Below, piece after piece: positions 1-13,235 of a DNA stretch of 64,000 nt; position 1 is the stretch's first letter, and the number at the start of each line of letters is the position of its first letter. The translations under genes and the position numbers were made by a program. The stretch comes from the human T2T-CHM13v2.0 reference genome, Homo sapiens. The stretch lies in the NCBI RefSeq assembly GCF_009914755.1, contig NC_060938.1. One strand, written 5' to 3'. Below the pieces are notes generated by a model. The model worked only from the letters and a program-made list of their open reading frames with translations. It searched no databases and had not been told where the DNA came from.

Positions 1-289
1 AACCAGGCTTTGTGGTCTCTGAGCAGGATCTCCAGAGAGTGTCAAGCCAGGAATCTCTTTGGAGAGGGGAAAAATGGAGAAGGAGGCTAGGGAGGAGCAG
101 AAAGGAAAACACGAATGGGAAATATAAGGAAATTTCTTAACTTAAATTTCCTTAAAAGTATTATGGGGTCTTATTTTACCAGAACTTCCCATAGAAATTC
201 AGAGTTCTCCCTAGTAGAAAGAATTCTGGCACTAAGGAGAGTGGCTGCATAAACATCATCTAATCAGTTTGAGGTAGGGATTCTGTTCC

Positions 290-630
290 TTCTTCCATGG
301 CTCTTGAACACATTGAAATAACCAGGGCTGCTTTAAAAAAGACTGATGCATGGGTCCCACCTCTAGAGATTCTGATTTATTTAGTCTGGAGTGTAACCTG
401 GGCATTGAAATTTTGAAGATCTTCCTAAAGTACGGTCAAGATTGAGAATCACTGTTTTTTCTCATTTTCTCTTCGACTTTACTGTGTCCACAAATCACCC
501 AAGGATCTTACTAAGACACAGATTTGAATTCAGTAGGACTAGGGTAGGGCCCAAGAATCTGCATTTCTAACAAGCTTCCAGATGATGCGCATGCTGTCAG
601 TCTGGGGCTCACACTTGGATACGCATAGCA
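290..630. mobile_element. Two adjacent MER5-family (hAT-Charlie) MITE fossils (~290-455 and ~465-630)
   Basis: MER5-type motifs 'agagattctgatttatttagtctggagtgtaacctgggcat...ttgagaatcactg' and 'gattt gaattcagtaggactagggtagggcccaagaatctgcatttctaacaagcttccagatgatgc'. Confidence 0.75.
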
Positions 631-744
631 CTAGAGATCTAAGGTCCTTTTGAACTGTTAATGCTGTCATACTACCAACTTGCTGGATTTCATGCCTTTA
701 TATGTCACTTTATCAAACAACTCTAAGCATTATGCTGTGAGTAG

Positions 745-1020
745 CTGATGGACTATTATGTAGCCATGAAACATTATGCTAATGAAGATTATATAGCGAT
801 AATGGGGGAATGCTTATGTCATGATGTAAAATGAAAAAAAAACAGTGGCAGAAAAATTTTATATGATCACAAATATGTCAAAGAAAAACTGCATAGAGAA
901 AACTGGGAAGAATTATATCAAATGTTAATAATAATCTTGAGGTGATCTTTTTCTTCTATTTATTTTTATAGTTTTCTAGTATTCCATAATGAACACCAAT
1001 TATTTTCATAACAAAATATT
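745..1020 (+). mobile_element. Old L1M (L1MC/L1ME-type) 3' end fragment
   Basis: Degenerate L1M 3'UTR pattern 'gactattatgtagccatgaa...aactgggaagaattatatcaaatgttaata...ataatgaacaccaattattttcataac'. Confidence 0.6.
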
Positions 1021-1359
1021 TTCAAAAGAAATGCCTGAACATCTGCAAGTTGAAATAATATAGTGCATTTAATCCTTTCATATGTCTAATTTTATGTTTA
1101 TATCCATCCTTATTTTATATTAACAACAAATACAGGTAATTTAAATCTCTCCATTTAGTCAACTCTAGATGAGACTAGAGTAGCTAGTAATTCACAGAGC
1201 AAAGGATAAAACCAGCCTCATTGTTGTAATTTGGTTCTTTCCATGAAAACACTCCATCTCTCTGTACAAAATATATCATCATTGCTTCTGTTGAATAACT
1301 CAGGGAATGCTGCAAATTGTAAATAGCAATGTGAGACAAGGGAAAGATGCCTAGGCCAA

Positions 1360-1625
1360 CTATAAGAAGACCTGAATTCTAATTTTATCTTGCCAGGTAA
1401 CCGGCTACATGACCTTGGGCCTAAATTGCTTACATTCACTGAGGCCTCAATTTCACGTCTATAAAATGGGTATTAGTAGAAATGCCTACTTCAAAGGTCA
1501 TTATGAAGATGAACTGAGATAGCAGGCACTCACTAAGTGATGACTCAACTTCTGTAGGTCTTGATTTTGCTCATCATGGAATAAGAGGGTAGACTAGAAG
1601 ACCTCTAAGGCACCTTCAAACTCTT
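1360..1625 (+). mobile_element. MIR fragment followed by MIR3-like fragment
   Basis: MIR core 'tgaccttggg...ctgaggcctcaatttcacgtctataaaatggg' and MIR3-type tail 'gactagaagacctctaaggcaccttc'. Confidence 0.7.
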
Positions 1626-1779
1626 ACTCATAAAGTTGGAGAACTGTACTTTTGAAAGATCTGCACAAACAAGACTACTTGGAATTTCTCTGGATATTAA
1701 ATAAACCCCTACCAGTTCTCAGCACTAGGCAGCAAGGACAAAAAGTCAGAGTCAAATAAATTCAATATAACATGATAGA

Positions 1780-2440
1780 TATGTGCCATAATGGGAATAG
1801 ATAAAAAGTGCTATAAGAGTCCAAAAGTAGCTGTAGTTGAGCTAGTGATAATGTGGGGTTTGAAAGCAAAGGGGAGGAAAAGGAATTCAGGCAAAGGGAC
1901 ACACAGGTGCAATGGCTTGGAAGCATGAAAGAAAACCGTGGTGTGACTGGAAAGTATATAGGAAGGAGAGTGGAGACGAAACCAGAATTGAGACAGTTTA
2001 TGGAGGACCTTTTTGGCCAAAATGAGGAGTTTCTAATTTAATCTTTGAACCAGAGAGTAATATAATCAGATTCATGATTTTAAAATGAACTGTGACAGCT
2101 GTGAGAAAGGTAATGTGGAGAAAGAGAGGCAAGTTGGGAGGTTATGACAATAATCTAGGCATTGGTGACAAAGAAACACAAACAGGTGTATTCAAGAGAC
2201 TGATGGGTCTTAATGATTGTTTGCATGTGTGGGTGTGGTGAGGGAATAAGGAGAGGAGGAATTCAAAGATGCCTGTGACCCAGATAGAAAATGCAAGAGA
2301 TGGAGCAGTATCGGGGTAAGAGGTGCTAATATGTTCAATTTGTAGGTGAAGAATCCAAGAAGACAGATTGAGCAGATTTGTGGATATGTGTACTTCTAAA
2401 TCCGGAGGGAGAGATATTATGGAGTCTGTGTGAGTGGTAA
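1780..2440 (-). mobile_element. L2 fragment
   Basis: Purine-rich antisense L2 pattern, e.g. 'gagaggcaagttgggaggttatgacaataatctaggc'. Confidence 0.55.
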
Positions 2441-2681
2441 AGTAATGAATGGATCAATGTGTATCTGAAAACACCAGCAATGTTAGAGGTTTCCAAGGCA
2501 GCGCAACTCCAAATGTAATCCAAGGACAGTTTTGTCAGCATCATAGCTCCCCGGTGCTGGGCTTGATTCAAGGCCCACTGAGACAGCATATGCAGCCTGA
2601 AAGATGAGCATTTACATCTTAACAAGTCCCTCTTTGCTCTAAGAAAAAGAGCCCTTTGAAAAACTGATGGAAGCTGTAGAC

Positions 2682-2982
2682 CCAGTACCATTCAACAGAA
2701 ATACAATGTGAGCCACATATGTAATTTTAGTGGCCATATTTTTTAAAGTAAAAATATATAGATGAAATTAATATTAACAATATATTTTATTTAGCCCAAT
2801 ACAGATATTATTTCAATATTAATCAATACAATAATTATTAATGATATATTTTATATATTTTTATCACTATCGCTCAAAATCCAGTGTGAATTTCACACGT
2901 ACCACACACCTCAATTGAAGCTACCACGTATCAAACACTCAATAGCCACATGCAGTAGTGACCATTACATAGGACAGTGCAG
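2682..2982. mobile_element. MER33-like hAT-Charlie MITE
   Basis: Ends 'cagtaccattcaacagaaatacaatgtgagccacatatgtaatttt' and 'ctcaatagccacatgcagtagtg...ggacagtgcag'; ~300 bp, AT-rich interior. Confidence 0.8.
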
Positions 2983-5130
2983 CTACAGGCACTTCCCACT
3001 CTTCTGCCTGAAAAATACACATGCACACAAAATGTTCAAGAATTCTGGGGATTCTCATAGCTCATGAAACACATCTGCGCTTGGTTAAGAACTCTTTTTT
3101 TCTAGGAACTTTGGGTTGGTTGGTTTTTTTGTTTTTTTGTTTTTTTTGCCTGATTCTAGAAATAGGTGACTTTTCTTCAATGTTGCAAGGCTTAAGTATT
3201 CTAGTCACATGGAATACAGGGTAACATACACCGTAGAATGAGAATTCAATCTTACGAAACAAAGATTATCTTTTTGTTTCATAATTCTACAGTGGACTGT
3301 CTACTCTAAAAGATAGATTCTTATATTTTCACCGGTCACACTATTGGTTGCAGACTTGGTTTATTAACTCTGTAATTATTGTTTCTAGGCTAAACAGAAA
3401 CAAAGAGTTATATGCAATATTTTCTGGGTGGATAATTTTAAACAGGATTTTCAATTCAGTGAATTTTTAATTGTTTTTTGTGGTCTCTTTTCCCCATGTA
3501 TTGGTTATATACACATTTCAGAGAAATATCCTGAGGCACTACCATCTTCAAACTCCCATGTATGGTTCCTTTAAAGCAGCACCCTCTTAAAGAATACTTT
3601 TTTCTGGATCTCAGGCAGAATTATTTTTAGAAGCAGCATCATGTTATAGTTGAAAGAATGACCCTTCCTTTAATTGGACTGCTGGGATGATTTGGTTGTG
3701 GTCTCACATAATTATAGACCTGTGACAACAATCTAAGGGCCATCAGCATACTTCCAATCCCTCTAAATCAAGGGTCTGTGGTTAATTGCTCACAGGTGTT
3801 TTCTTGTGCTTATGAATACATGCAGTCTATGAGTTATACAAAACTTGGCAGAAAGAGAGGCCATAAGGTTGAGGAGTTTCTTAGATTTACTCAGCTAATT
3901 AATCAGGCAGAGTAGGGATTTGACTACTCCACTGAAGGGGCTAAGCATTTAGAGTATGACTGAGGAGTAACCTGTACTGTATTTTTAAAGGAGAGTTTAA
4001 GAGGAAAATAAAAGGAAACAAAAACTTTTAGCAGCTGCTGCCACTAAAAGCTTAGTATAGTAGTCCAGCCTGTTCTAGCTGCTCTGCAGAGGTAGGTCAG
4101 CACTGCCTAGCTGCAAAGAAATGGTGTTGGATTCTAAAATAAAGCATTGACTGTGTTAGGATATGAATTTTAATTTCTAAAACTGTATATTAAGAGACAA
4201 GCCACATTGTTGATCCTTATTTCTTCTATTACTAATCATTATTGTCGGAGTTATGGCCTTAGAAAGTATGGAGATGCTAATGAGAAGATTCATGTATTAG
4301 ATTTGTTTATAAATTCATCCTAAGCAAGTAAACATGACATTATTCTGTGGCATAATATAAAACCCCAAATAATGTCCCAAGAATTGCCCCAGGTAACTTC
4401 TCTAGCAGTTATCCATGAAAATAAAAGCACAGGGGCCTGCAGGAATGAAAATCACTCACAGCCAGTTAGACCACATCATTCTGCCCAAGAAGCTAGGTGG
4501 AAAATTGTTTTACATTCACTTCGACAAGCATATGGTGAGCCAGGTACTGCTGTAACAAAGGTGAAAATGACATGGTTCCTGCCCTCAAGGAGCTGATATT
4601 TGAAAGGAGAGGAGGGGAAAAACAAAGGAAGAACCTCACTTGAAAATAATGTACAGGAGAGTCATGATCCACCCAGTGAATTCTAGAAACATTTCATGGA
4701 GGATGTAGCAACTGAGTCAAGTTATAAAAGATTAGTTAGCTAAGAAAGTGTGGTATTCCAAGGAGAATATAACCAGAGCACAAAGAATTATGTGGGAAGT
4801 AGTTACATGTGGAACTAGAGATACAGGTAGAGGTGATGAGTTCCAAAGATACCTTTCTAAAGATGCAGGAGACTTAAGCTTGCCTATAATCTGAAAGGAA
4901 AGATCTAGTTGAAAGGAAGAGATTAGATCTTGGAAGATATGGGTATAAAGGCCATAGTTTGAAGTGTTATCCTGAAATAGAAAGAAGGACATACCAACCT
5001 CTAAGACTGAGGGAAGGACAGCAGGTTGGGGGTGGATGTAGAAAGGCGCATGAGAGGATAGGAAGTTGAGATGTCTGTAGTTGACAGCCTTCCATTTTCT
5101 GATGAAGTGGGAGGTGATGTTATTAGCTTA

Positions 5131-5318
5131 AAGCAATGGCTCTAATCCTCGGCTGTACACTTACCGGGGTTATCTAGGGAGCTTTAAAAAAGTACTGATG
5201 CTTGGATCCAGTGCCAGTGAATACAATTTAAGTGTTCTAAGATGCAGCCTAGGCACTGGGATTTTTAACAGATCCTGGAGTGACTGTAATGGGTTGCCCA
5301 TGTTGAGAACTACTGGCT
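5131..5318. mobile_element. MER5-family hAT MITE
   Basis: 'ctagggagctttaaaaaagtactgatgcttggatcc...cctaggcactgggatttttaac...gttgagaactactgg'. Confidence 0.7.
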
Positions 5319-6467
5319 TAGACTAGATTAAAGGGTTTGGAACAGCTGTGGAGGGGAATGGACAAGGGAGCTGAAGATAAGCCACACAGCTGTGAGGCGG
5401 TCTTAAAGATCAGGTGAATCATAAATGTCTGAGAGTCCCAATCTGCAAGGGATGCTCCTTTTTTCCTCCTCAGCAGCAGTGTTATGCTGGTGAAGGAAGC
5501 TGGTTTTGGGGCTGATCCTAAGGTGGGGTTTACTGGCCTGGGGTGGTAAAGAACACAGGCTCAAGGGAACTGAGGCATGAGAGAGGGCTCCAGCCATTTT
5601 TATGCATTCTAGGCTGAGCCTGGAAGAAAACAAGACAAGAAGCAGCCCATCCAGTTCCACCATAATCCTATATTTCTGCTAATGGAAGTTCTAATGAACA
5701 GGAACATGAGCCAAAAAACAAACTAGTAAACAAGCCACTTGGAGAAGCAAAGGAACCAGATATTCCACCACCTATGTAATTAGCTGAGTAACCTAGAGGT
5801 GACTTTGTGTGCATGCTTACTATGAATACGTGTGACATTACATGTCAAGAACTGCATTTTATACACTTCCCTTTTTGAAACTCACCTCATATGCCCATGA
5901 AACAAAAAGCCAGTATATGGTTTAAGATGGGTATAGCTTTCCCGTTTGTCATACAAAGCTTCTATTAAAGCATCAGGAGTGCCATGTGGAAGCCCCCTTA
6001 TTTTCCGTAGGGACAGGCAGTGTTGCTCTTGCTAAGGCAGTGACCTATTATTGAACCGTTTTGCATGTAACACAGTGAGTCATTGTTCTGGCAGAATTCC
6101 CTGCTCTCCACACACATTTTTACCTACCTTTGGAATGTGGGAACACTGACCTTGTATATGATAGCCTGGCAAAAAAGTGGCTCTGTCAGAGATTTTACTA
6201 CTGAACAGCAGGGAGTGGGGGGAAAAAGAAGAAAAGGGAAGAGAGAAGGCAGAGAGAGCAAGGGCTGGAGAGGTAGAGGGAAGACAGGGAATGATGACCA
6301 AGAGGAACCAGAAATCATTCTTCCAGATGCAGTGTTGCTCATAATGGAAAACCTGATTGAGAAAAGCTCAGTATGTTAGAATTGCTTGTCAGTGAGATGA
6401 CGAACATGAATGTGGGCCTATTATGTAACATATATTTAATATGATATATTGCTGCACATATATGTTT

Positions 6468-6635
6468 GAGACCTTGGGCAAATTACCTAACTAGTTTGTA
6501 CCTCCATTTCCTTATCTGTAAGAAAAGGATGGTTATAATGCTACCTACCTCGTAGGGTTGTTGAAGGGATTAAATGAGTTAATGTTATTGGAACACTCTT
6601 GCATATATTAAGAGAACAATAAATTTTAATCATTA
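6468..6635 (+). mobile_element. MIR SINE
   Basis: 'gaccttgggcaaattacctaac...cctccatttccttatctgtaa...tacctacctcgtagggttgttgaagggattaaatgag'. Confidence 0.85.
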
Positions 6636-6844
6636 TAATTATTATTATTTTCTATGAATTAGTCAGCTCTGAACTCAAGGAACTTAAACCACCTTTCCTA
6701 ACTTATTTTTCTTCTTTAAACCTGTTTCACTATCTGTAGAAGGGGGATAAAATCATCTGGTCAATATGTACCTTAATTTAGGGGTATTAGAACACTCATG
6801 CACTTTAAAATAAAACATGCAATAGATAAATGCATGGCAATAAT

Positions 6845-7660
6845 GATCCATTTACTTGCAAGTGTTTAATGAAAATTTATTATATACCTGCACGGAGCCA
6901 GAACATATGTGATATCTGCCCTCATGGAGCTTACAGTCTATGAGTGAAGTTAGGCATTATATATATGGAATTATATATCATATATACTAATGCAGATTGT
7001 GGTGAGGGTTTTGAAAGAGAAGAACCAGGTGTTATCTGTGAGAATAACAATTACTTTCTCTGGGTACGCTGCATTACTTGCCTTAGTCTGGGTGTAAAAC
7101 TTTTTAGAAGACTGACATTTTATTAAGGCCCAAGGATGAAAAGAAACTGGTCAGGGTCTAGGGCAGGGTTCAGAGGAGGGAGAGGAAGGAAATGTTTCAG
7201 ATCACTTTCAATACCAAAAGAAATCCAAGGCAACTAGAGTGTAGAGAGCCAAGGGAAAAGCGGCAAGAGATCTAGACCTATGTTAAGGAAGTGGAGACAA
7301 GAGCACAGCTTGCTCATATTCGTTAAAAGGTCATTCTGGTTGCTTTGAGCAGAACAGACTGGAGAGAAGCAAGTATGGCAGGAGCGAGACCTGTTGCGAG
7401 ACTACTGATGAGTGGTCCAGCAAAGAAATGATGGTGGCTTGGGAAGCCTGGAGTAAATGGAGTTAGGAGGGAAATAGGCAGAGTCAAAATATATTTTTGA
7501 AGTGAAATAACAGGACTTGCTGATAGGTTGAATGTGAAGGCTGAGGGCTGAGAGGTATCAAGAATGACTCCCAGTTTTCCAGCCTCAGGGGTTGGGTAGA
7601 TGGAGTAGCCCCTGGCTAAAATGAGGAATCTATAGGAGAAACAGGTTTGGGTGGGAAGAT
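6845..7660 (-). mobile_element. L2 (L2a-like) 3' fragment
   Basis: 'ctgccctcatggagcttacagtcta', 'aggacttgctgataggttgaatgtg', 'tcaagaatgactcccagtttt' antisense L2 motifs. Confidence 0.75.
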
Positions 7661-10600
7661 GATTACTTGTGATTTGCTTTCAGAATCATTCAATTGAAAT
7701 GGAAATTATTTTAATCCATTGCATTCAGTAAATTATTATAATACAATTATAAATGTATTTCTATGAAGAATTGACAGTTTCATCTGATGATGAATATATA
7801 TTATTATATATGATATATTATTTCATATATAATTACATATATTATATATGTAATAATAAAGAAGTCCAGATGATTCTTGGTTTCTATATGTTTAAAGAAT
7901 TTCAAATAATTTGTTGTAAGACAAAAAATATAATCAATCATTGGGTGATTTAGAATTCCCTTAACTGTGATTTTGGCACTACTTCAAATAATTGCTTTGC
8001 ACATAACAGAAGTGTTTCATGACATAAGTTTTATACAAAAATGTCCTGGTCTTGATTCAGTAAAGCGCAAGTCTTCTTGTATTTACATGAAAACATGAAT
8101 ATACATAGTATCTATACAGAAGCTGAACAATATGAAGAAACACTTATTTTTAATACATGTACAGGAGGCCAGAGTTCAACAATTGCCCAATGGATACAGT
8201 ATCACTTACACAAAGACTTCTGTGGATGTCTGTTTATTAAGTTAAATAGCATAGCTGGGCTTTAAGGTATGCAAGAGGAGGAGGATAAAGAAAAAAAAAA
8301 AAGAGGAAAGGAAAAGAAGAAGAAAGGTCCTGGCTTTCACCTTTAACGGATCCGAGGTCAGCACGTAAACAAATAGTTACCCTTTGGAAGAGTTGTCATA
8401 AATATGACCAAGAAGATTTCTTCCCAAATACCCCATAAAACAAACCTTCCTACATCACCACCTCACAGAAGCTTCCCTGATGACTCTGAAAGTACCAGAG
8501 ACAGATGAGAAACCGTAGACTACTCCACACTAAGAGCATAAAGGCTTTTTGCTAGTGGACAGTGTATTACTGGAACCTAGGACCCAGCTCTGTCCAGATG
8601 TTTAGGGAGTTTTGTGCCTTCTAGCAGCTTGTCCATGGTACTTACCAAAATGAGGTCAGCTACTTTGTATGCTTTTTGGAATATCTGACATATCTCAACA
8701 GCTGGATTCCATATGTTTTCTTTAGGGGTATAATATTACTCCATGAGAAAAAAAAGTTAGAAGTTGAAAAGAAAAGATGAACTTGAGAATAACAGACAAG
8801 GCCTTTCCTTATGACAGCTGTGTTCAAGGTGTCGCAGAAGGCAACGGGGTAATTCCCCTGTAGTCTACAGAGCCACCCATACCTTGTTACTTTCAGAGGT
8901 GACCAGCAAATAGCGGTGAGATAGGACAAGTTAATTCACCTTTATGAGCCCCAAGTGCCTAGTTTGTAAAATGAGGTGACTAAACTAAAGGTCTATGTGA
9001 GATTTCTTCCAGGTCTGTCCTTCTACTACTTTGACTTACCACCCTGGGAATGCTGTGCTCAGGTGCCATGGGAATTGGCTTGACTTGCTCTGTGGAGGCC
9101 ATCCAAACCTGATTTCCACTTAGTTTGGTCTGTGAATTCTACTTTTAAATTGGCCTGGGAATGTCTCCTCTAGAATTTACAACTGGATGAAAGAAATCCA
9201 TCAAGGGCAGCTAATTAGCACAAATACAGCTGCCAGCAGTAACTCATGAAGGAAATTCTGTAGGGATGAAGGAAAAAGATTCCGCAAAACCACAAGGAAA
9301 GTTCCACTGATTTGGCGCATGGTTGGGGATTGGGCACCAGGATGAAGGGCAGAGGGGTGATGACTGAGTCCTCACCGAGAAAGGTATGATTCCAAAGTGG
9401 AAAAGGATAAATGGGCCCCTGTGTCCTTTTATGTAGAACAAAGTTAGACTACACCAGTCAGACGTTTGCTTGGGCCCATTACGACAGTGCTTCCAGAGCT
9501 AGAAGCCAAAAACCATCATCTCTTGACCCCTAGGAACGTCACCTTTCCCAAGAAGTCTTGTCCACTCCACCAGCCTTTCTCTGGATGGATGTCTTTGGCT
9601 TGTTGAGCAGTGGCAGTCCAGCCCCAGCAGGACCTGGTAAGACATGACAATGCACAGACCCAAACCACTGACACTCCTATGGGCCTCAGCTGTTTCCAAG
9701 GGCTCTCACTGCAAGCTGCTATGGGCCAAGGTCCCCAAGCCCTGCTGCAGACATATCATTGGTTACAAGCTGGCACCAGCCTTAGAGTGCTAGGCAGTGC
9801 ACCACACTTGTCTTCAAGTTCTGATGTTCCCAGAGACAGTTCTCAAGTAGGAAGTAGTAAATTCAGGGAGAAGCATCCAGGCCAGCTGATTTGCCAGAGT
9901 TTGCTGATAGAATCAACTTTGTTTGCTGCAGTGGGGCTTTCACATCACTACATTCCAGGGCTGATGTATAATTACCTTAAACACAGAGTGGCATTTAACC
10001 ACGCCACTGTTTATGTGCCCAAATCAGCACTCAGAGGAAGCTGCCTTTTAAACTTTAATTTTTTTTTTTAATGATACCTTGACATTGCATGTGACTTTGG
10101 CTGGGAAAATAAGCCTGGTTGTTTGTGCTTGATGTTATAACTCAAAGGCTCAGAAGTGGTGGAGTTGGATCCAGCAGCCAACCCACAATAGAGCTGTCTT
10201 GACATCCTCACTGGTCCAGCCATGCAAACCAGCTTCTCGTGGGGATGGAGCTTTTCTGCTTAGCTTTTCTGCCTTTCTCTTATAGTGATGAACTGACACA
10301 GTGTGACCACCAAGGGCAAGTTATTGCCCAGATATACTTCCTTAGCTCCACCATCACATTCAGATGCAATCAGCAACCCAAGGACAGGTAGCCAGAAGAT
10401 CTTTTTAACTAGGCCTGAATGTCCTGCTGTTCCACCCTGTAGGTTGTTCGAGAAGATGGGTGGATCTTCATGAAAGCATAACAGAGAGGACTACATTTAC
10501 TGGATTAGATGGTATTGCTTACAGATTCTTGCATCTCTAAATGACAGGTGCTGTACACACCAACGACTAATTTTTTTTAAGTCTAATTTATATGATACCA

Positions 10601-10816
10601 ACACAATACCTTTAAAGAAGACAGAAAAACACAACAGAACAGAACCTTCCTTGCAACCCACTGTAAGTAGGTCAATGTGATTACCCCTACTTTAAGATTG
10701 AGAAACAGATTCTACCAGACCCAGCTGGGTCAGAAAGCCAGTGAGGGTACTAAAATTATAACTGAAACTCCCCATCTGGCCCCAGGTTGTGTGGTCACAG
10801 AGGGGACCAGCATAAA

Positions 10817-10945
10817 TAGGTGACCATATCATTTATCATGCAAACAAGGACTGTTTTTAGAAAGGGAATTATTAAAATGTAGACAAGAGCAACAGGCATA
10901 ACCCGAGACTGTTCTGGCAAACCAGGACTTTTATCCAAGCTATCT
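10817..10945. mobile_element. MER81-like hAT-Blackjack MITE
   Basis: 'aggtgaccatatcatttatcatgcaaacaaggact...gagactgttctggcaaaccaggac'. Confidence 0.6.
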
Positions 10946-10984
10946 TCCTGCAGCCTTCATCAGTGATACCACATCTGGGTGAAG

Positions 10985-11255
10985 GAGGAAGCTGATGGAG
11001 TCTAAGCTTCAGGTCCCTCACTTGCACAGATCCCTGTGAGTGCTGGGAGTGGCTAAGACTTGTAGGATGTTGTCTGTGCAGAACAAAAGCCAGATTCCAA
11101 TAAGGAAGTGTTTCTATGTAAGAACATCTTGTAACTCAGCTAAAGATATTTTAGGAGTCCCAAATTTCCAATCCTTCAGCAACCTGTTGTGATTTCTTTC
11201 CTTGCTCTAAATAATTATTCATTTTTATACCTAATTTTGCATATATAATTTGCAC
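10985..11255. mobile_element. MER53-related hAT element fragment
   Basis: 'gaagctgatggagtctaagcttcaggtccctcacttgcacag' resembles the MER53 left arm; 'cctaattttgcatatataattt' resembles the right part. Confidence 0.45.
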
Positions 11256-11677
11256 CAACAGGGTGCAAATCAGGCTATTTCTGACCCTCACTATATTTAT
11301 ACCAGTGAAATTAGGATAAAATGGTCACTAAAGGTAGCTCTAGAGAAGGAGCTGAGGGTCACCTATAAAAGAAGTGAGGCAGAAGCAGTCCTGACTCCTA
11401 GTCCTTGGTTATAGGAGGAACTAAAGAAGAAAAAGGTTCATTGTATGTTTGTGAGCTTCAAGTTCTTTCATAGTACCAACTGGTAGAGTTATTTCCTGCC
11501 CTAGAGCTTCACTCGGAGTCAATCCCTAACCAACCCCCAACACACATACAGAGTGCCTGCTGAAGTCAGATTCCAGAGCATTTACTCTTATTCCTAGTAT
11601 CCTAAAGATTCATCCCAAACCAAGCTTTTGGGAGTCCTTCAATCTAATTCTTTCTCTGCACTGACGCATTGTGTGGC

Positions 11678-11947
11678 TTTGTTTTTGTTTTTTGAGACAG
11701 GGTCTTACACTGTCACCCAGGCTAGAGTGCAGTGGCACAGTCTTGGCTCACTGCAGCTTCAATCTTCAGGACTCAAGCGATCGTCCCATCTCAGCCTCCT
11801 AAATAGCTGGGACTACAGGCAGGCATCATCAAGCTCGGCTAATTTTTTAAAAGATTTTTTGTAGAGATGGGGTCTTGCCGTGTTTCCCAGACTGGTCTCG
11901 AACTCCTAGGCTCAAGTGATTACAGGCTTGTGCCACCATGCCCAGTC
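11678..11947 (-). mobile_element. AluJ with ~30-bp internal deletion
   Basis: Antisense Alu; 'ctcaagtgattacagg' lacks the 'cctcc...gctggg' segment. Confidence 0.9.
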
Positions 11948-12389
11948 ATGGCTTCGTCATTTGTCATAAGATCCTCTGTTTTCTTGGATGTACAATAAAA
12001 ACAAATAATACTTGCTCCTCCAAAAAAAATAAGAGATCTAATTTTAAAATCAACTGGCCTCTGCACACACGTTAGAGCAACACCTTAGGTATATGGAATG
12101 TGAGAAAGGAATAGGTGGTTGTTAAAACAAAACAAAATAAAAATAATCTTGGTGGAATTCTTGATCATATGTTAAGAAATGAAATGAGATTATCGCATTG
12201 GAGAATCTCCTCCTCAATGAGTTTTACATTTTGAACCAGCCTGTCATTATATTTCCTGACTGGTAATCAAAGAAGTGGCCTTTAAAATGGGATCCTGAAT
12301 GCCACAGATCCAAATGATTAGATTATGAAACCTAGACCTCTGGTTGGTCACTCTGAAAGCTGTAATTCTGCAAATTACTCAGCTGTCTT

Positions 12390-12760
12390 CCAGGTCTGTT
12401 ACCTTTCATATTTTTGAAAGGACACACAGATTTTCTCATGCTTCTCTGTGTTTGGACATGCTGTTTCTCCAAGTAGAAAGCCACTTTACATCTCAACCTG
12501 GATGGCTCCTCATCATCCTTCAAAGTTTTCCCAGATATCACAGTTTCCTGGAAGACCTTTCTAACCACTGCTGCCCCCCTCTCACCATTCACGCCTTGTT
12601 CCATTAGCACTATTGGTATCACAGTACTCTACCATGTGTTAGTGAGTTTTATTGGCCCATCTCCCACCACTCAACTATGAACAATCTGAGTGTAAAGCTT
12701 GTGTTTACTATAGTTGTAGTAGACATTCAATACATGTTGAATAAATTGAAGAAATGAATG
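12390..12760 (+). mobile_element. L2 3' end fragment
   Basis: 'ctcctcatcatccttcaaag...ttcctggaagacctttct', terminal 'tcaatacatgttgaataaattgaagaaatgaatg'. Confidence 0.65.
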
Positions 12761-12950
12761 AAAGCAAAAAGATGCTGTATGTCAATTATAAGGCAAGAAC
12801 TGTGGTTTAGTAGCCCTGGAAATAGAGTCAAAGAATTTTCTGTGAATGTGGTACATATACATGGAATACTATGCAGCCGTAAAAAGGAAAAAGATCATGT
12901 CCTTTGCAGGGACATGGATGGATCTGGAGGTCGTCATCCTTAGCAAACTA
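12623..12950 (+). repeat. Local duplication pair A, copy 1 (partner 14788-15121)
   Basis: ~87% identity by eye over ~330 bp, including a 36-bp exact match agtgtaaagcttgtgtttactatagttgtagtagac. Confidence 0.95.
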
Positions 12951-13235
12951 ATGCAGGAACAGAAAACCAAATACCGCATGTTCTCACTTACAATTGGGAG
13001 ATAAATAATGAGAACACATGGACACACACAGGGGAACAACACACTGGGGCCTACCAGAGGGCAGGGGATGGGAGGAGGGAGAGGATCAGTAAAAATAATT
13101 AATGGATACTAGGCTTAATACCTGCTGGGTGGAAAAATCTGCAAAATGAACCCCCTTTACAAATGCTTACCTATGTAACAAACCTTCACATCCAGCACAT
13201 GTACCCCTGAACTTAAAAGTTAAAATAAATAAAAT
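12845..13235 (+). mobile_element. 5'-truncated L1PA (L1PA13-16-like) 3'UTR with A-tail and TSD
   Basis: 'aatgtggtacatatac...atggaatactatgcagcc...gtacccctgaacttaaaagttaaaataaataaaa'; degenerate TSD agaattttctgtg / agaattttatctg. Confidence 0.9.

Noticed and set aside
125-154. 11-bp inverted repeat taaggaaattt/aaatttcctta
   Set aside because: Short and AT-rich, plausibly chance; bacterial terminator logic does not apply here
9610-10071. 153-aa ORF
   Set aside because: Non-ATG start, no recognisable homology, no supporting splice structure
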